DNA of 64,000 nucleotides, from assembly GCA_046313635.1 (NCBI GenBank), contig JBKBYA010000001.1, forward strand, positions 863,481-927,480, given 5' to 3'. A model generated the notes under the pieces. That model was not told the DNA's origin and searched no databases. It was given only the letters and a program-made list of their open reading frames with translations. Positions 17,513 to 28,018 of this stretch are shown in pieces. The DNA comes from Pyrinomonadaceae bacterium. GTDB taxonomy: Bacteria; Acidobacteriota; Blastocatellia; Pyrinomonadales; Pyrinomonadaceae. The position numbers were made by a program, and so were the translations under genes. Each line of letters begins with the position of its first letter. Position 1 is the first letter of the stretch.

Positions 17513-19327
17513 ATGGAAGAGATCGTAAACCCCGTGCCCGACTCGCCGGCACAGCAATCCGCCACCGCAGAAGCAAAGCCGACCTGGCGCCAAAGGCTCG
17601 AGACCGAGCAGGCCGTCAGGGTCATCTATCTCGTTTTTGGTCTGGTCGCGATCGCGATGACGATGGCGTTCACGCAGTTTCAGACGTCGGCGATCTGCTG
17701 CGGCGACTGGGACGGTTATTACCACATCCGCTGGAGCTCGCTGCTGTGGGAAAACTTTTCGCAAGGCAAGTGGCTGCCGACATTCGAGTGGCTGCCGCTG
17801 ACGGTGCTCAACCCGCAGGATTACGCCGATCATCACTTCCTTTTTCACCTTTTGCAGATACCGTTTCTCTGGTTCTTTGAGCCGGTGATGGCGGCAAAGG
17901 TAGCGGCGGTGGTCTTTGCGACGCTGGCGATCTTTTCGGTCTACTGGCTGATCTATCGATATCGGATCGACCAGCAGCTGATCTGGCTGCTCGCGCTTTT
18001 GACATGCGCGCCGATGTTCTACTACCGGATGAACATGGCCAAGGCCCCGCCGCTGACGATCGTCATCACCGTCATCGGCATCTACCTGCTGTTTGAACGC
18101 CGGTACGTTTGGCTCGCGCCGCTGATGTTCGCGTTTGTGTGGACGTACAGTTTGTTTCCGCTGCTCTGGTTCGCAGCGATCATCTGGACGGTCATAATCG
18201 CGTGGAACGAGCGCCGCTTCGAATGGCGGCCGCTCGCCTACACGACCGGCGGTATGGTGCTCGGCAATCTGATCAATCCGTACTTTCCGCACAACCTGAT
18301 GCTCTTTGCCGAGCACTTCATCACAAAGTTCAAGGTCGGCAGCGACTTTGCGGTCTCTGTCGGCGGCGAGTGGTATCCCTTTACGGGAATGGAGCTGCTG
18401 ACAAATTTCCCGGTCGCGCTCGCGGCGATGCTCGTCGGCTACATTCTCTTTATGCCGCGCGGCGCAAAGCTGCCCGAAAAGGCGACGTTCTTTTTGATGT
18501 TCGTGACGATACTGCTCGCGGCGCAGTTCCGGTCAAAGCGGTTTGCCGAGTATTTTCCGCCCTTCGCGGTGCTCTTTGTTGCCTTTAGCTGGGACGCTTT
18601 CAGACGCACAAGGCGCGGCAGCGAGCTGCCCGACGAAGTGCGGCGCGAGCTCGAGCCGTTTCTCGACGCGGACAAGCCGAGCAAAAAGGACGAGTGGATC
18701 GGCAGCATAAAGCAGGCAGGCGCGTGGTCGCTCGGCATCGTGCTCTTTGCGATCTTTGTCTTTAACATGGTCGGCTTTCACTACTTCGGGATCGATCAGA
18801 ACGGCCTTGTCGCCGACATTCGAAACAACGAGGACAACACTCGCTACAAGCGCGCGATGGACTGGGCCAACGCCAACATACCGGCAGGCGAGCGCATCTT
18901 TAACTGCAACTGGGACGACTTTCCGAAGCTATTCTTTTACGACCAAAAGCACTCGTACGTTTACGGCCTCGACCCGAACTATCTCTATTCGAAAGATCCG
19001 GAGCTTTACAAGACCCTGATGGACATCACCGGCGCAAAGGTCGACGACCCGGCGCCTGTGATCCGCGAAAAGTTTGGCGCAAATTACGTCTTTGCCGACG
19101 CAAAGGAGAACGACGATCTCATGATCAAGCTGCTCGACAGCGGCTGGGCCGAGACCGCGTACGACGACGACGAGGCGAGGATACTGCGTCTCAGAACGGT
19201 AAAGGGCGAGCCCGAGGGCGAGCAGGTCGAGGGCGGGCCCGAAACGCCCGAAGAGAAAAAGATCCTCGATGAAGAGGAGAAACGCGATGCGGCAAAAAAT
19301 GCAAACCCGGCGGACGAGGATCAGTAG
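17513..19327 (+). CDS. multi-pass GT-C-fold glycosyltransferase-like protein (STT3/AglB-like motifs)
   Basis: About 12-13 TM segments, DGYYHIR after TM1, SVGGEWYP in a large loop, soluble C-domain with IFNCNWDDFP. Confidence 0.7.
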   Translation: MEEIVNPVPDSPAQQSATAEAKPTWRQRLETEQAVRVIYLVFGLVAIAMTMAFTQFQTSAICCGDWDGYYHIRWSSLLWENFSQGKWLPTFEWLPLTVLNPQDYADHHFLFHLLQIPFLWFFEPVMAAKVAAVVFATLAIFSVYWLIYRYRIDQQLIWLLALLTCAPMFYYRMNMAKAPPLTIVITVIGIYLLFERRYVWLAPLMFAFVWTYSLFPLLWFAAIIWTVIIAWNERRFEWRPLAYTTGGMVLGNLINPYFPHNLMLFAEHFITKFKVGSDFAVSVGGEWYPFTGMELLTNFPVALAAMLVGYILFMPRGAKLPEKATFFLMFVTILLAAQFRSKRFAEYFPPFAVLFVAFSWDAFRRTRRGSELPDEVRRELEPFLDADKPSKKDEWIGSIKQAGAWSLGIVLFAIFVFNMVGFHYFGIDQNGLVADIRNNEDNTRYKRAMDWANANIPAGERIFNCNWDDFPKLFFYDQKHSYVYGLDPNYLYSKDPELYKTLMDITGAKVDDPAPVIREKFGANYVFADAKENDDLMIKLLDSGWAETAYDDDEARILRLRTVKGEPEGEQVEGGPETPEEKKILDEEEKRDAAKNANPADEDQ

Positions 19328-19775
19328 TGTAGCTCTGCTGGCCGCGAGCTTGATCGCCTCGGCCTGCGGCGCTAACGAGTCGATCCTTCGCTCAAACTCG
19401 CAAAGCGATCGGCCCGCCGCGTCCGGCAGCGTCGAGCCTGTAAGGACCTCGTTCGAAAAAGAACTCGAGGGGATGCGGACGGCCGACTTCGACCTTATAT
19501 TCGTCCTGCGGCGCCGCGACGGCGCTAAAATGGACGCCGACGACAGGGCCGCGATCAGAACGGCGACGGCCGAGGTCAACCGGCGCAATCTCGCGGACGA
19601 CGACAAGGCCGTCATCATCGGTTCGAACTACCCGATCTCGCCCGAGAATATGAAGTTGCTGACCGACCGCTTTGCCGTCGAGAACTTTTCAAAGCCCGAG
19701 GCCGAGCAAAAGCTGCGAGAGGCCGCCGCAAACCAAAACTCAAACTCCCTGACCCCGGACAATGGCCGACGCTGA
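19287..19775 (+). CDS. lipoprotein, hypothetical
   Basis: GAGGAG RBS before ATG 19287; lipobox LIASA-C. Confidence 0.75.
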   Translation: MRQKMQTRRTRISSVALLAASLIASACGANESILRSNSQSDRPAASGSVEPVRTSFEKELEGMRTADFDLIFVLRRRDGAKMDADDRAAIRTATAEVNRRNLADDDKAVIIGSNYPISPENMKLLTDRFAVENFSKPEAEQKLREAAANQNSNSLTPDNGRR

Positions 19776-21057
19776 ATCAAATAAGACCGAACGGGCCGAC
19801 AGCGGCGCACGGCACGTCGCCGCGCAGCCAAAGCCCGTCGAGCCGAGCGATAAGGACCTCTCGAGCGTACCCGTCCAGCGCGTCGTGCTCGACAGGGCGT
19901 CATTCTCGTACCGCGTGATCATCCGCGTGGTCGTCGTGACGCTGCTGCTCCTGCTGGTCGCCAATCTTGTCCAGAGCGCGCTGGCGTCGCTGACGTTCCT
20001 GTTTTTCCTGGTCGTGCTGGCGGTCTTTTTTGCGTATCTGATCCAGCCGCTGGTCGGCCTGATCCGCAGGCCTTTTGTCGGGACGAGATACGAGCCCGCG
20101 ATGCCGCGAAGCTTTGCGATCGCTCTGGCGTACGTGCTCGTCTTTACGGCGCTCGGCTTCGGCATCGCCAACGTCGCGCCGCAGCTCAACACACAGGGCA
20201 GGGAATTTCTCTCTTCGCTGCCGACCTATGCGACCTCGATCCAGCGCTGGGCCAACGATCTCGGCCGCCGGTTTGACCGGATGCGTATCCCCGACGAGGT
20301 ACAGGCCCGCCTCGGCGAACGCGCGACGCAGACCGGCGAGGAGGTCGCCGCGACGATCGGCAACACGCTGCTCACGACCGCCAAGTACCTGCCGTGGCTG
20401 ATCCTCGTACCGATCCTGTCGTTCTTTTTTTTGAAGGACGTCAATCTGTTTCGGCTGAGTTTGCTGCGGGCTTTTCCGGCAGGGGAATGGCGTACGCGGA
20501 TGGAGGCCGTGCTGCAGGACGTCAACCGCACGCTTGCGGCCTACACGCGCGCGCAGCTGATCTCGTGCGGCCTGATCGGCGTGCTCTGCACCGTTGGATT
20601 TTATCTGATCGGGATGAAGTACTACCTGCTGCTCGGCCTGCTGGCCGGCGTGCTCGAGTTCATCCCGCTGCTCGGCCCTCTGACGGTCGGTCTTATCGCG
20701 GTGACGACGGCCGGGGCCTCGGACGAGCCGACAAGAGCGTTTTATGTCGCGGGATTCTTGATCGTGCTGCGTGTCGTCCACGATTACTTTACATACCCGC
20801 GGATCATCCGCGGCGGCATTCACCTGCATCCGCTCGCGGTCATCCTGTCGGTGCTCGCCGGCGAGCAGGTCGCGGGCATTCCGGGCGTCTTTATGGCGAT
20901 CCCGATCGTCGCTATCCTGACAGTCTTTTACAAACACGCGATGCAGCACAGCGGCAGCCGCGGTCTCTTTGCCGGATGGATCGAAGAAGAGAAGCGGCCC
21001 GAGACCGTTGCCGTCGAGACCGTCGCCGAACCCCTGCCCGAAGAGGGCCGGGCCTGA
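19762..21057 (+). CDS. AI-2E family transporter
   Basis: FAYLIQPLV, LEFIPLLGP, PRII..GIHLHP, GVFMAIP. Confidence 0.92.
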   Translation: MADAESNKTERADSGARHVAAQPKPVEPSDKDLSSVPVQRVVLDRASFSYRVIIRVVVVTLLLLLVANLVQSALASLTFLFFLVVLAVFFAYLIQPLVGLIRRPFVGTRYEPAMPRSFAIALAYVLVFTALGFGIANVAPQLNTQGREFLSSLPTYATSIQRWANDLGRRFDRMRIPDEVQARLGERATQTGEEVAATIGNTLLTTAKYLPWLILVPILSFFFLKDVNLFRLSLLRAFPAGEWRTRMEAVLQDVNRTLAAYTRAQLISCGLIGVLCTVGFYLIGMKYYLLLGLLAGVLEFIPLLGPLTVGLIAVTTAGASDEPTRAFYVAGFLIVLRVVHDYFTYPRIIRGGIHLHPLAVILSVLAGEQVAGIPGVFMAIPIVAILTVFYKHAMQHSGSRGLFAGWIEEEKRPETVAVETVAEPLPEEGRA

Positions 21058-21060
21058 ACG

Positions 21061-22107
21061 TCAAGACAAAGCCGAAAGTACTACGTCCTTGAAGCCTCTC
21101 GGATCGTCTAGCTCGATCTCGGCGATCGCGACGAGCAAGGGCATCGACGCCGGCAGCCGCAGGCCGTCGAGCTTGACCGCGTCCTTCGCGGTCGTGACGA
21201 GCGCCTCGGCGCCCGACCATTCGGCCTCGCCGGCGAGGTCGTCGACGTCCTTTTGCGTGTAAGCGTGATGATCTGGAAATCGCTTGACGCCCGCGAGCCG
21301 CGCGTCGGCCGCGCCGCGCCGCAGCGATTCAAAAAAGACCTCGGGATTTCCGAGCCCGCAAAAGGCGAAGATGCTGTCGGGATGAACGGGCTTTTTACGC
21401 GAGCTTTCGTTAAGGAATTTCTCGACCGGCACCATTTCGGCTATCCGTGTGCCGGCATTGAAGATCGGCGCCGATCGACCGCGGCTTCGGACGTCGGCGG
21501 CGACGGCGTCGGTATCGTCGACCAGATCGGCGCGTGTGACGACGATCGCTCCCGCGCGGCGGAGACTGCCGACCGGCTCGCGAAGCCTGCCGGCCGGAAG
21601 CATGGATCCGCGCCCGAATGGATCGGTCGCGTCGACGCAGACGATGTCGAGATCGCGCCGCACACGCCGGTGCTGAAATCCGTCGTCGAGCACAAATACG
21701 GTCGGCGAGAATTTTGCTTTCGCCCACTCGGCCGCCGCCGCGCGATCGGCCTGAGCGATGACGATGGCTTTTGGCCCCAGCCGCCTGGCAAGCTCGACCG
21801 GCTCGTCGCCGCCGACATCGGCGCTGACGGGCAGGCCGGCTCCGTCCGAGACGAGTATGCGTTCATTTTCATTGCGGCGGCCGTAGCCGCGCGTGAGGAT
21901 GCAGACGCGCTCGCCGCTGTCGGCGAGTATCCGAGCGACGAGCGCGACAAGCGGCGTCTTGCCCGTGCCGCCCGTGGTGATATTGCCGACGCTTATGGTC
22001 GTCACGCCGAGCGAGCGCGCGGCGAGCAGGCCGCGGTCGTAGAGCAGGTTGCGCAGCCGTATCGCGAGGCCATAGATCCAGCTCAACGGTAAAAGCAAAA
22101 AGACCAT
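21061..22107 (-). CDS. lpxK: tetraacyldisaccharide 4'-kinase
   Basis: SVGNITTGGTGKTP, LDDGFQH, PAGRLRE, FPDHH, TTAKDAVK. Confidence 0.96.
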   Translation of the reverse strand: MVFLLLPLSWIYGLAIRLRNLLYDRGLLAARSLGVTTISVGNITTGGTGKTPLVALVARILADSGERVCILTRGYGRRNENERILVSDGAGLPVSADVGGDEPVELARRLGPKAIVIAQADRAAAAEWAKAKFSPTVFVLDDGFQHRRVRRDLDIVCVDATDPFGRGSMLPAGRLREPVGSLRRAGAIVVTRADLVDDTDAVAADVRSRGRSAPIFNAGTRIAEMVPVEKFLNESSRKKPVHPDSIFAFCGLGNPEVFFESLRRGAADARLAGVKRFPDHHAYTQKDVDDLAGEAEWSGAEALVTTAKDAVKLDGLRLPASMPLLVAIAEIELDDPRGFKDVVLSALS

Positions 22108-22673
22108 CAGAGGTCGAGAAAGTTCTGCAGCAGCAGCCTGCCGTGCTCGGTAAGTATCGACTCGGGATGAAACTGTACGCCCTCGACCTTATGCTCGCGG
22201 TGCCGGAGTCCCATGATCAGCCCGTCGGGCGACTCGGCCGAGATCTCGAGCTCGCCCGGCAGCGACGCGCGATCGACGACGAGCGAATGGTAGCGGCCCG
22301 CATTGAACCCGTCCGGAATATCCCTGAACAATGTTCGCCCGTCGTGCCTGATGACGACCGGCTTGCCGTGCACAGGTTCGGGGCCGCGTACGACCTTGCC
22401 GCCGTAGTGCTGACCGATCGCCTGGTGACCGAGACAGACGCCTAGGATAGGCAGTCTGCCCGCAAAACGCTTGATCGTCTCGAGCGTGATGCCGGCCGTG
22501 TCGGGCGTGCCAGGCCCGGGCGAGATTAGTATCTTGCCGGGTTTGATCTCGATCTCGATCTCATCGACGGTGACCTCGTCGTTGCGGACGACCTTCAATT
22601 CGGCGCCCAGCTCGCCGAGGTACTGGACGAGGTTGTAGGTAAAGGAATCGTAGTTGTCGACAACCAGCAGCAT
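22107..22673 (-). CDS. trpG: anthranilate/aminodeoxychorismate synthase glutamine amidotransferase component II
   Basis: DNYDSFTYNL, SPGPG, GVCLGHQ, RYHSL, QFHPES. trpG and pabA cannot be distinguished here. Confidence 0.9.
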   Translation of the reverse strand: MLLVVDNYDSFTYNLVQYLGELGAELKVVRNDEVTVDEIEIEIKPGKILISPGPGTPDTAGITLETIKRFAGRLPILGVCLGHQAIGQHYGGKVVRGPEPVHGKPVVIRHDGRTLFRDIPDGFNAGRYHSLVVDRASLPGELEISAESPDGLIMGLRHREHKVEGVQFHPESILTEHGRLLLQNFLDL

Positions 22674-22718
22674 GGAACGATTCTAAATACCTTCGACGAT
22701 ACGCAACAAATCGGGCCG

Positions 22719-23501
22719 TCACGCAAGCGCCGTCCCGAGCAGCCATTGGCCGCCGTCGACGACGAGTGTGACGCCGTTGATGTAGCTCGCCGCGTCCGAG
22801 CAGAGAAAGAGAGCGGCATTCTCGATATCGGCGATCCGGCCAAATCGCCCGACCGGTATCTTGCGGACGATCTTTCCTTTCAGCTCCTCCGGCAAAAGCC
22901 TCTTCATCCCCTCGGTGTCCTCGATCGGCCCGGGTGCGATCCCGTTGACGCGGATGCCGTGACGTCCCCATTCGACCGAGAGACTGCGCGTGATGGCGTC
23001 AACGCCGGCCTTTGCCGCCGAGACATGGATCTGCATCGGCGTGGCGAGATAATGCAGCGTCGCCGATATGTTGAGGATCTGGCCCCGCGAACTCTTGAGC
23101 TGCTCAAAAGCAGCGCGGCATACGTTGAAGGTCCCTTTCGTATCGATATCGACGACCGTGCCGAAGCCGTTCGCCGACAGCTGCTCGGCCGCGCAGAGAA
23201 AGTTGCCTGCCGCGCCGTTGACGACGATATCGATCTTGCCGTAACGCCCGACAGTCGCGGCGATGGCGGCCTCGACCGCCGCGTAGTCGCGAACGTCCGC
23301 CGCGGCCGTGAAGCACTCGCCGCCAAACGACTCGACCGTTTGTTTCATCGCCGCAAGATTCTCCTCTTTGCGGCTCACGATCGCGAGCCGAGCGCCGTGC
23401 TCGGCAAGAGCCCTCGCGACGCCGCCCGTGATGCCCGTGCCGCCGCCTGTCACAAACGCGACCTTGTCCTCTAGAATGTCTTTTGCGAAAACATTGTTCA
23501 T
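22719..23501 (-). CDS. SDR oxidoreductase, 2,4-dienoyl-CoA reductase-like
   Basis: TGGGTGI, NGAAGNF, HVSAAKAG, IAPGPI; start at ATG 23501. Confidence 0.88.
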   Translation of the reverse strand: MNNVFAKDILEDKVAFVTGGGTGITGGVARALAEHGARLAIVSRKEENLAAMKQTVESFGGECFTAAADVRDYAAVEAAIAATVGRYGKIDIVVNGAAGNFLCAAEQLSANGFGTVVDIDTKGTFNVCRAAFEQLKSSRGQILNISATLHYLATPMQIHVSAAKAGVDAITRSLSVEWGRHGIRVNGIAPGPIEDTEGMKRLLPEELKGKIVRKIPVGRFGRIADIENAALFLCSDAASYINGVTLVVDGGQWLLGTALA

Positions 23502-23519
23502 GATGGCCGGGATTGTAGC

Positions 23520-25154
23520 ATGAGAGACGACCTTCGATGGATGAGGCCTGCATTCGCGACGCGGCGTTTTGCCGACCACGGCGCGGCGAGTGTCGCGGTG
23601 CTATTTGCGGCGCTGCTGCTGGTTGCCGCGTGCGGTTCCAAGCCGTCGGACCTGCGAGAGATCGCACCCGCCGACTCGCTCGTCTACATCGAGACAAACG
23701 ACGTCGAAGCGGTGCTCAGGCCGATCGTCGAGAGCACGGCTTTTTCTCAGGCGGCCGCTGCAAGGCCCGATCTCTCGGCGCTTCGCGGTGTGCAGGTCGC
23801 GGTGGTCGTCACCGGATTTGAGACGACCGAGAACAAGATCAACGACGAGTCGTCGGTGCTCGACTTTCGCCCGCACTTTGCCGCGATCGTCGATACGCAT
23901 CTTTGGAATTGGCAGGCCCGCTCGTTTGCCGAGAATCAGGTCGGCGAATTCGTCAACAAGATCTACGGCGGCGGCGTACAGCTCGAGACCGGGCCCAAGG
24001 GCGGCGGGCATGAATTTATCTGGACGGCCGAAGACGGACGCAGGGTCTACGCATTCGTCGAGGGCAGTCTGCTGTTCTTTGCGAACGATCGATCGTCGAT
24101 CGACAAGTGCCTCGCGGTCCGCCGCGGCGAGGCGGAGTCGTTCGCAAAAACAGGAAAGGCAGCTTCGTCGCCGTCGACGCTCATCGCGGGATACGTCTCG
24201 CCTGAAGGCGTGGGCCAGATCGCCAACGTCATCGGCGCGGCCGAGGCTAAGGACTCGGGCGACGACGAGCAGCTGCAGAGCTTTGTCGCGCGAGTGCTGC
24301 CGCAGATCTTAAGGGGCTCGATCAGCGACGTCGTCTGGACGGCGGCGGCAGGGCCGGGCGGCGTCGAGGACCGTCTGACCTTTGCGACAAATGCAGAGGT
24401 GACGTCGGTCCTTAATGAGACGCTCGCTCCGGCCGATGCGATCGACACCTCGCTTCTGCAATTTGTCCCGGGCAGTCTGCCGAGCGTCACGCTTTACTCG
24501 CTCAAGGATCCGCGGATCGCTTGGCGAAGCGTGCTCCTGACGGCGCAGAGACTGACCGATCCCGCGACGGGGCAGATCCTGGCCGGATCTTCGAACGCGG
24601 TGTTTGAGCCGTACGGCGTCCGCGACGGCGAGATGTTTCTAAGCGCCGTGAGAGGCAGCATCGTGACGGCGCGGTTTGACGATGCGGGCGAGAGATCGGT
24701 CGTCATCGCGACCGCATCCGATCTTGAGAGGCTCCGCCGTTCGCTGCTGCCTGAATTGAAGCCCGACAAACAGAGAAGCGAAGCGGCCGGTGTCGACTTC
24801 TGGTACGCGCCGTCCGACGATGTCGCGGCCGCTTTTGTCGACGGCACGATCATCGCCGGCGACGCCGAGAGCGTCGTCAGGTGCCTTGGCGCGCGAGGCG
24901 CCGACAACGTGCTCAAGACCACGTCGGCGCACGGCCTCGCCAGCCTCAGAGGCCCGGCCGTAACGGTCGCGTTCGATACCATGATCGCATCTGACCTGGC
25001 GAGCGTTCTCGGCGAAAGAAAGGAGACCAAAGACAATGCCGCCGTACGATTTCTGACCGAGACACGCTTTACACGCTCGGGCGTCGAGCGGCGAGTGGTC
25101 TCCGAGGTCGGCCTCGCGGCGTCGATCGTTGCCGAGCTCGGGCTCGAGCCGTGA
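23520..25154 (+). CDS. lipoprotein, hypothetical
   Basis: Lipobox LLVAA-C; long ORF with typical codon usage. Confidence 0.75.
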   Translation: MRDDLRWMRPAFATRRFADHGAASVAVLFAALLLVAACGSKPSDLREIAPADSLVYIETNDVEAVLRPIVESTAFSQAAAARPDLSALRGVQVAVVVTGFETTENKINDESSVLDFRPHFAAIVDTHLWNWQARSFAENQVGEFVNKIYGGGVQLETGPKGGGHEFIWTAEDGRRVYAFVEGSLLFFANDRSSIDKCLAVRRGEAESFAKTGKAASSPSTLIAGYVSPEGVGQIANVIGAAEAKDSGDDEQLQSFVARVLPQILRGSISDVVWTAAAGPGGVEDRLTFATNAEVTSVLNETLAPADAIDTSLLQFVPGSLPSVTLYSLKDPRIAWRSVLLTAQRLTDPATGQILAGSSNAVFEPYGVRDGEMFLSAVRGSIVTARFDDAGERSVVIATASDLERLRRSLLPELKPDKQRSEAAGVDFWYAPSDDVAAAFVDGTIIAGDAESVVRCLGARGADNVLKTTSAHGLASLRGPAVTVAFDTMIASDLASVLGERKETKDNAAVRFLTETRFTRSGVERRVVSEVGLAASIVAELGLEP

Positions 25155-25161
25155 CCGTCGC

Positions 25162-25905
25162 CTATTTTCTTTTTGCGCGGCGTTTGAGCTTGCGGACGTT
25201 GTCCTCGATCCAATCTTCGGCTTCCCGGTAATAAGCGAACTTCCGCTCGTCGCGCCGGAAGGCCGGTGTGTGAAAGTACCGCCGGCCGTTGCTGTGCCTC
25301 ATCGGATGGGCGATGTGCAGCATCTCGTGAAAAAGTACGTACTCGACGACGAACCGCGGTACTCGAGCGTCGTCGAGCGACAGGCTGATCACGATGGTGT
25401 CGTGCGTGGCGTCGTGGTGGCCAAGTATCCGATACGTCCTGCGGGTCGACCACGTCAGCGTCGGCCGCGGCAGAGGCTCGCGAAAGTACCGCTCGTTCAA
25501 ACTGTCAAACATCTCGTCGAGATCGTAGACGCTTCCTTTCGCGGTGGTGATGAGCTTTCGCCCGCGGACGCGCCTGTTCGCCGTCGCCCGCAGCCGCAGT
25601 TCGTGCGACGACGCGAACTCGGCATAGACCGCTCGCGCCTGCTTGGGCACGCGCCTGCCGAGCAGCTTGGCGACGAGCATTTCGGCAAGCCCGCGATGAG
25701 CGTCAAGCGGCATCTCGCGGCAGAGGTCGCCGATCCGGACAAAGATGCGGCCGTCACGGCGGCGGATCGTGTGGTTGATGCCGACGTACGGATAAAACTC
25801 TATGTGTATATCAGGAATGGGGTTAGTCGGATCAAAGCGAGCAAAGGCGGCTTCGTAGACCGAGCGTATCTCGATCTCGCTGAGGCCCGGCGTGCCGTTA
25901 ATCAT
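25162..25905 (-). CDS. SprT-like / M48-like zinc metalloprotease domain protein
   Basis: YVLFHEMLH (HExxH) and later H..AF; LNERYF. Confidence 0.8.
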   Translation of the reverse strand: MINGTPGLSEIEIRSVYEAAFARFDPTNPIPDIHIEFYPYVGINHTIRRRDGRIFVRIGDLCREMPLDAHRGLAEMLVAKLLGRRVPKQARAVYAEFASSHELRLRATANRRVRGRKLITTAKGSVYDLDEMFDSLNERYFREPLPRPTLTWSTRRTYRILGHHDATHDTIVISLSLDDARVPRFVVEYVLFHEMLHIAHPMRHSNGRRYFHTPAFRRDERKFAYYREAEDWIEDNVRKLKRRAKRK

Positions 25906-26001
25906 GGTTTAACTAATTTCTTGCTTTTTCGATTTGTGCAGGCTATATTTCAAAAGAGCATAGCGTCTCACAACGCTTTGTCACAAGCCGACCGTGATTC
26001 G

Positions 26002-27129
26002 ATGTCTGTCCGAAATGCACATTTAAGAATCGAGAAAGAACCGCTTTTTCCCGATCGCCGCGGCCAGACCATCCTTTCAGCGATAATCCAAGAACATTTC
26101 ATTACGGGCGAGCCCGTCGGGTCAAAGGTGCTCGCCGAGAAGTTTGCCAACGCCTCTCGGATGAGCTCTGCCACTATCCGCAACGTAATGGGCGAGCTGG
26201 AAGACGCCGGCTATCTCGAGCAGCCGCATACGTCGGCCGGGCGAGTGCCTACCGACAAGGGCTACCGATACTATGTCGACAATCTGCTCGGCGTGCTGAG
26301 CATCTCGAATGACGACCTGGCCCGCATCGGTGACGAACTCGCATTCGATCGCGGAGATCTGGTCGAGGCTCCCGAACGCCTGATGGAAAGAACGTCACAA
26401 CTGCTGTCGACACTCTCAAACAATGTCGGCATCGTCGTGTCGCCGTCACTTGCCGACGACCGGCTGCAGCACATCGAGTTTGTCCCGCTGTCGGACAATC
26501 GGATCCTGGTCGTGTTGGTCTCGGCACCCAACCTGGTACATAACAAGATCATTCGTCTCAACGTCGCCTTTGCCCGCGAAGATCTCGAGCGGACGGCCAA
26601 TTACCTCAACGCGGAATTTGTCGGCAAAAGCCTCGCTCAGATACGGGCCGACATCCTCAGGCTCATGCACGAGGAAAAGACGCTGTTTGACAAGCTGCTG
26701 CAGAACGCCGTCATTCTCTGCTCGCAAAGCATCGAGAGTGCCGAAGACCGCTTTGGGTCTGTCTATGTCGACGGAGCGGCCAATATGCTTCGGACGAGCG
26801 ATTTTGCCGATCTCGAACGCCTTCGCGAATTGCTCGGCACCATCGGCGAAAAGTCGCGCCTTCTGCAGATACTCAACGAATGCATTGCTCGCGATGCGGC
26901 GACGGCCGGTCAGGTCCAGGTCGTCATCGGAAGCGAAAATCACTCTCCCTCACTTCGCAGCTGTACGCTGATCTCGGCGCCTTACCGGATCGGCGGCGGC
27001 TCGTCCGCGGTCGGCACGCTCAGCGTACTCGGCCCGACCAGGATCGAGTATGCCCGAATGATCTCGATCGTCTCCTATGTGGCGCGGACTCTCGAGCGGC
27101 TGATGTCGCCCGACTTCCGCAACAATTGA
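26002..27129 (+). CDS. hrcA: heat-inducible transcription repressor
   Basis: GEPVGSK, SSATIRN.M..LE..GYL.QPHTSAGRVPTDKGYRYYVD, GPTRIEY. The real start is ATG 26002; the ORF-track N-terminal extension is a shadow of the SprT gene. Confidence 0.95.
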   Translation: MSVRNAHLRIEKEPLFPDRRGQTILSAIIQEHFITGEPVGSKVLAEKFANASRMSSATIRNVMGELEDAGYLEQPHTSAGRVPTDKGYRYYVDNLLGVLSISNDDLARIGDELAFDRGDLVEAPERLMERTSQLLSTLSNNVGIVVSPSLADDRLQHIEFVPLSDNRILVVLVSAPNLVHNKIIRLNVAFAREDLERTANYLNAEFVGKSLAQIRADILRLMHEEKTLFDKLLQNAVILCSQSIESAEDRFGSVYVDGAANMLRTSDFADLERLRELLGTIGEKSRLLQILNECIARDAATAGQVQVVIGSENHSPSLRSCTLISAPYRIGGGSSAVGTLSVLGPTRIEYARMISIVSYVARTLERLMSPDFRNN

Positions 27130-27163
27130 ACTGCCGCTCCCGGCCGCTCTCAGGCCGCAGATA

Positions 27164-27940
27164 ATGAAACCGGACAACAAACTCGATATTTCCGAACGTA
27201 ATTCGGACGCAGCCGATTCGCCGTCGGTGGAAGAGTTCTTTCGCCAGCTCGAGGCCCGCGAAAAGGACCTCGATATCGCACCCGACCTCGTCATCGAGGT
27301 CGAAGAATCAGAGTTTGACGATCGGCGATCGCCGGACCTCGTCTTGACCGAGCGTCCTGACGGGGCATTGCCGCCGACCGGAGCGGCACTCGACAGAGAT
27401 GCGGCGCGTACGGCCCGCGAGCAGCGTGCCGAGATCGCTCTGCTTGAAGAGTCGGTGCGGCGATTCAAGGACGAAAGGGCGTCGATCATCGAGCGACTCG
27501 AGCGCGAACGTCAGGACTTTGAGAACTTTCGGCGCCGCGTCGAGCGTGATCGGCTGGAGTCCTTTTCCACGCAGATGACCAATCTCGCCATTCAGATCCT
27601 GCCGGTGCTCGACAACCTCGAACGTGCCATAAAGACGGCGTCGGCGCTGCCCCACGACAAGCTGAACGACATCGCCGATCTGGTGGACGGCATCGTGATG
27701 ATCAACCAGCAGGTGAACGAGGTGCTGGCAGAGATGGGCGTCGATCCGATCCGGGCCGTCGGTACCGAGTTTGACCCGGAACTTCATGAGGCGGTCGCAG
27801 CCGAGGCCCGCGACGGCTGCGAGCCGAATACCGTTATCGAAGAAATGCTCCGTGGATACCGGATGGGCTCCCGCATAATCCGGCACTCTCTCGTCAAGGT
27901 CGCATCGAGCAGCACCCCGCTGCCGACCGTTAACTCCTGA
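27164..27940 (+). CDS. grpE: nucleotide exchange factor GrpE
   Basis: DFENFRRR, LPVLDNLERA, FDPELHEA, GYRMGSRIIRHSLVKV. Confidence 0.93.
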   Translation: MKPDNKLDISERNSDAADSPSVEEFFRQLEAREKDLDIAPDLVIEVEESEFDDRRSPDLVLTERPDGALPPTGAALDRDAARTAREQRAEIALLEESVRRFKDERASIIERLERERQDFENFRRRVERDRLESFSTQMTNLAIQILPVLDNLERAIKTASALPHDKLNDIADLVDGIVMINQQVNEVLAEMGVDPIRAVGTEFDPELHEAVAAEARDGCEPNTVIEEMLRGYRMGSRIIRHSLVKVASSSTPLPTVNS

Positions 27941-28018
27941 CCGATCTTAGATAAACAGTGATCCACTCTCTCACCGTCAAGGGCGATGGCTGGTTGCGGA
28001 CGGGAGTCACAAAAAAAT

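Noticed and set aside
25129..26001. 666-aa HrcA with a long N-terminal extension
   Set aside because: The extension is the antisense shadow of the SprT-like gene; HrcA homology starts near ATG 26002.
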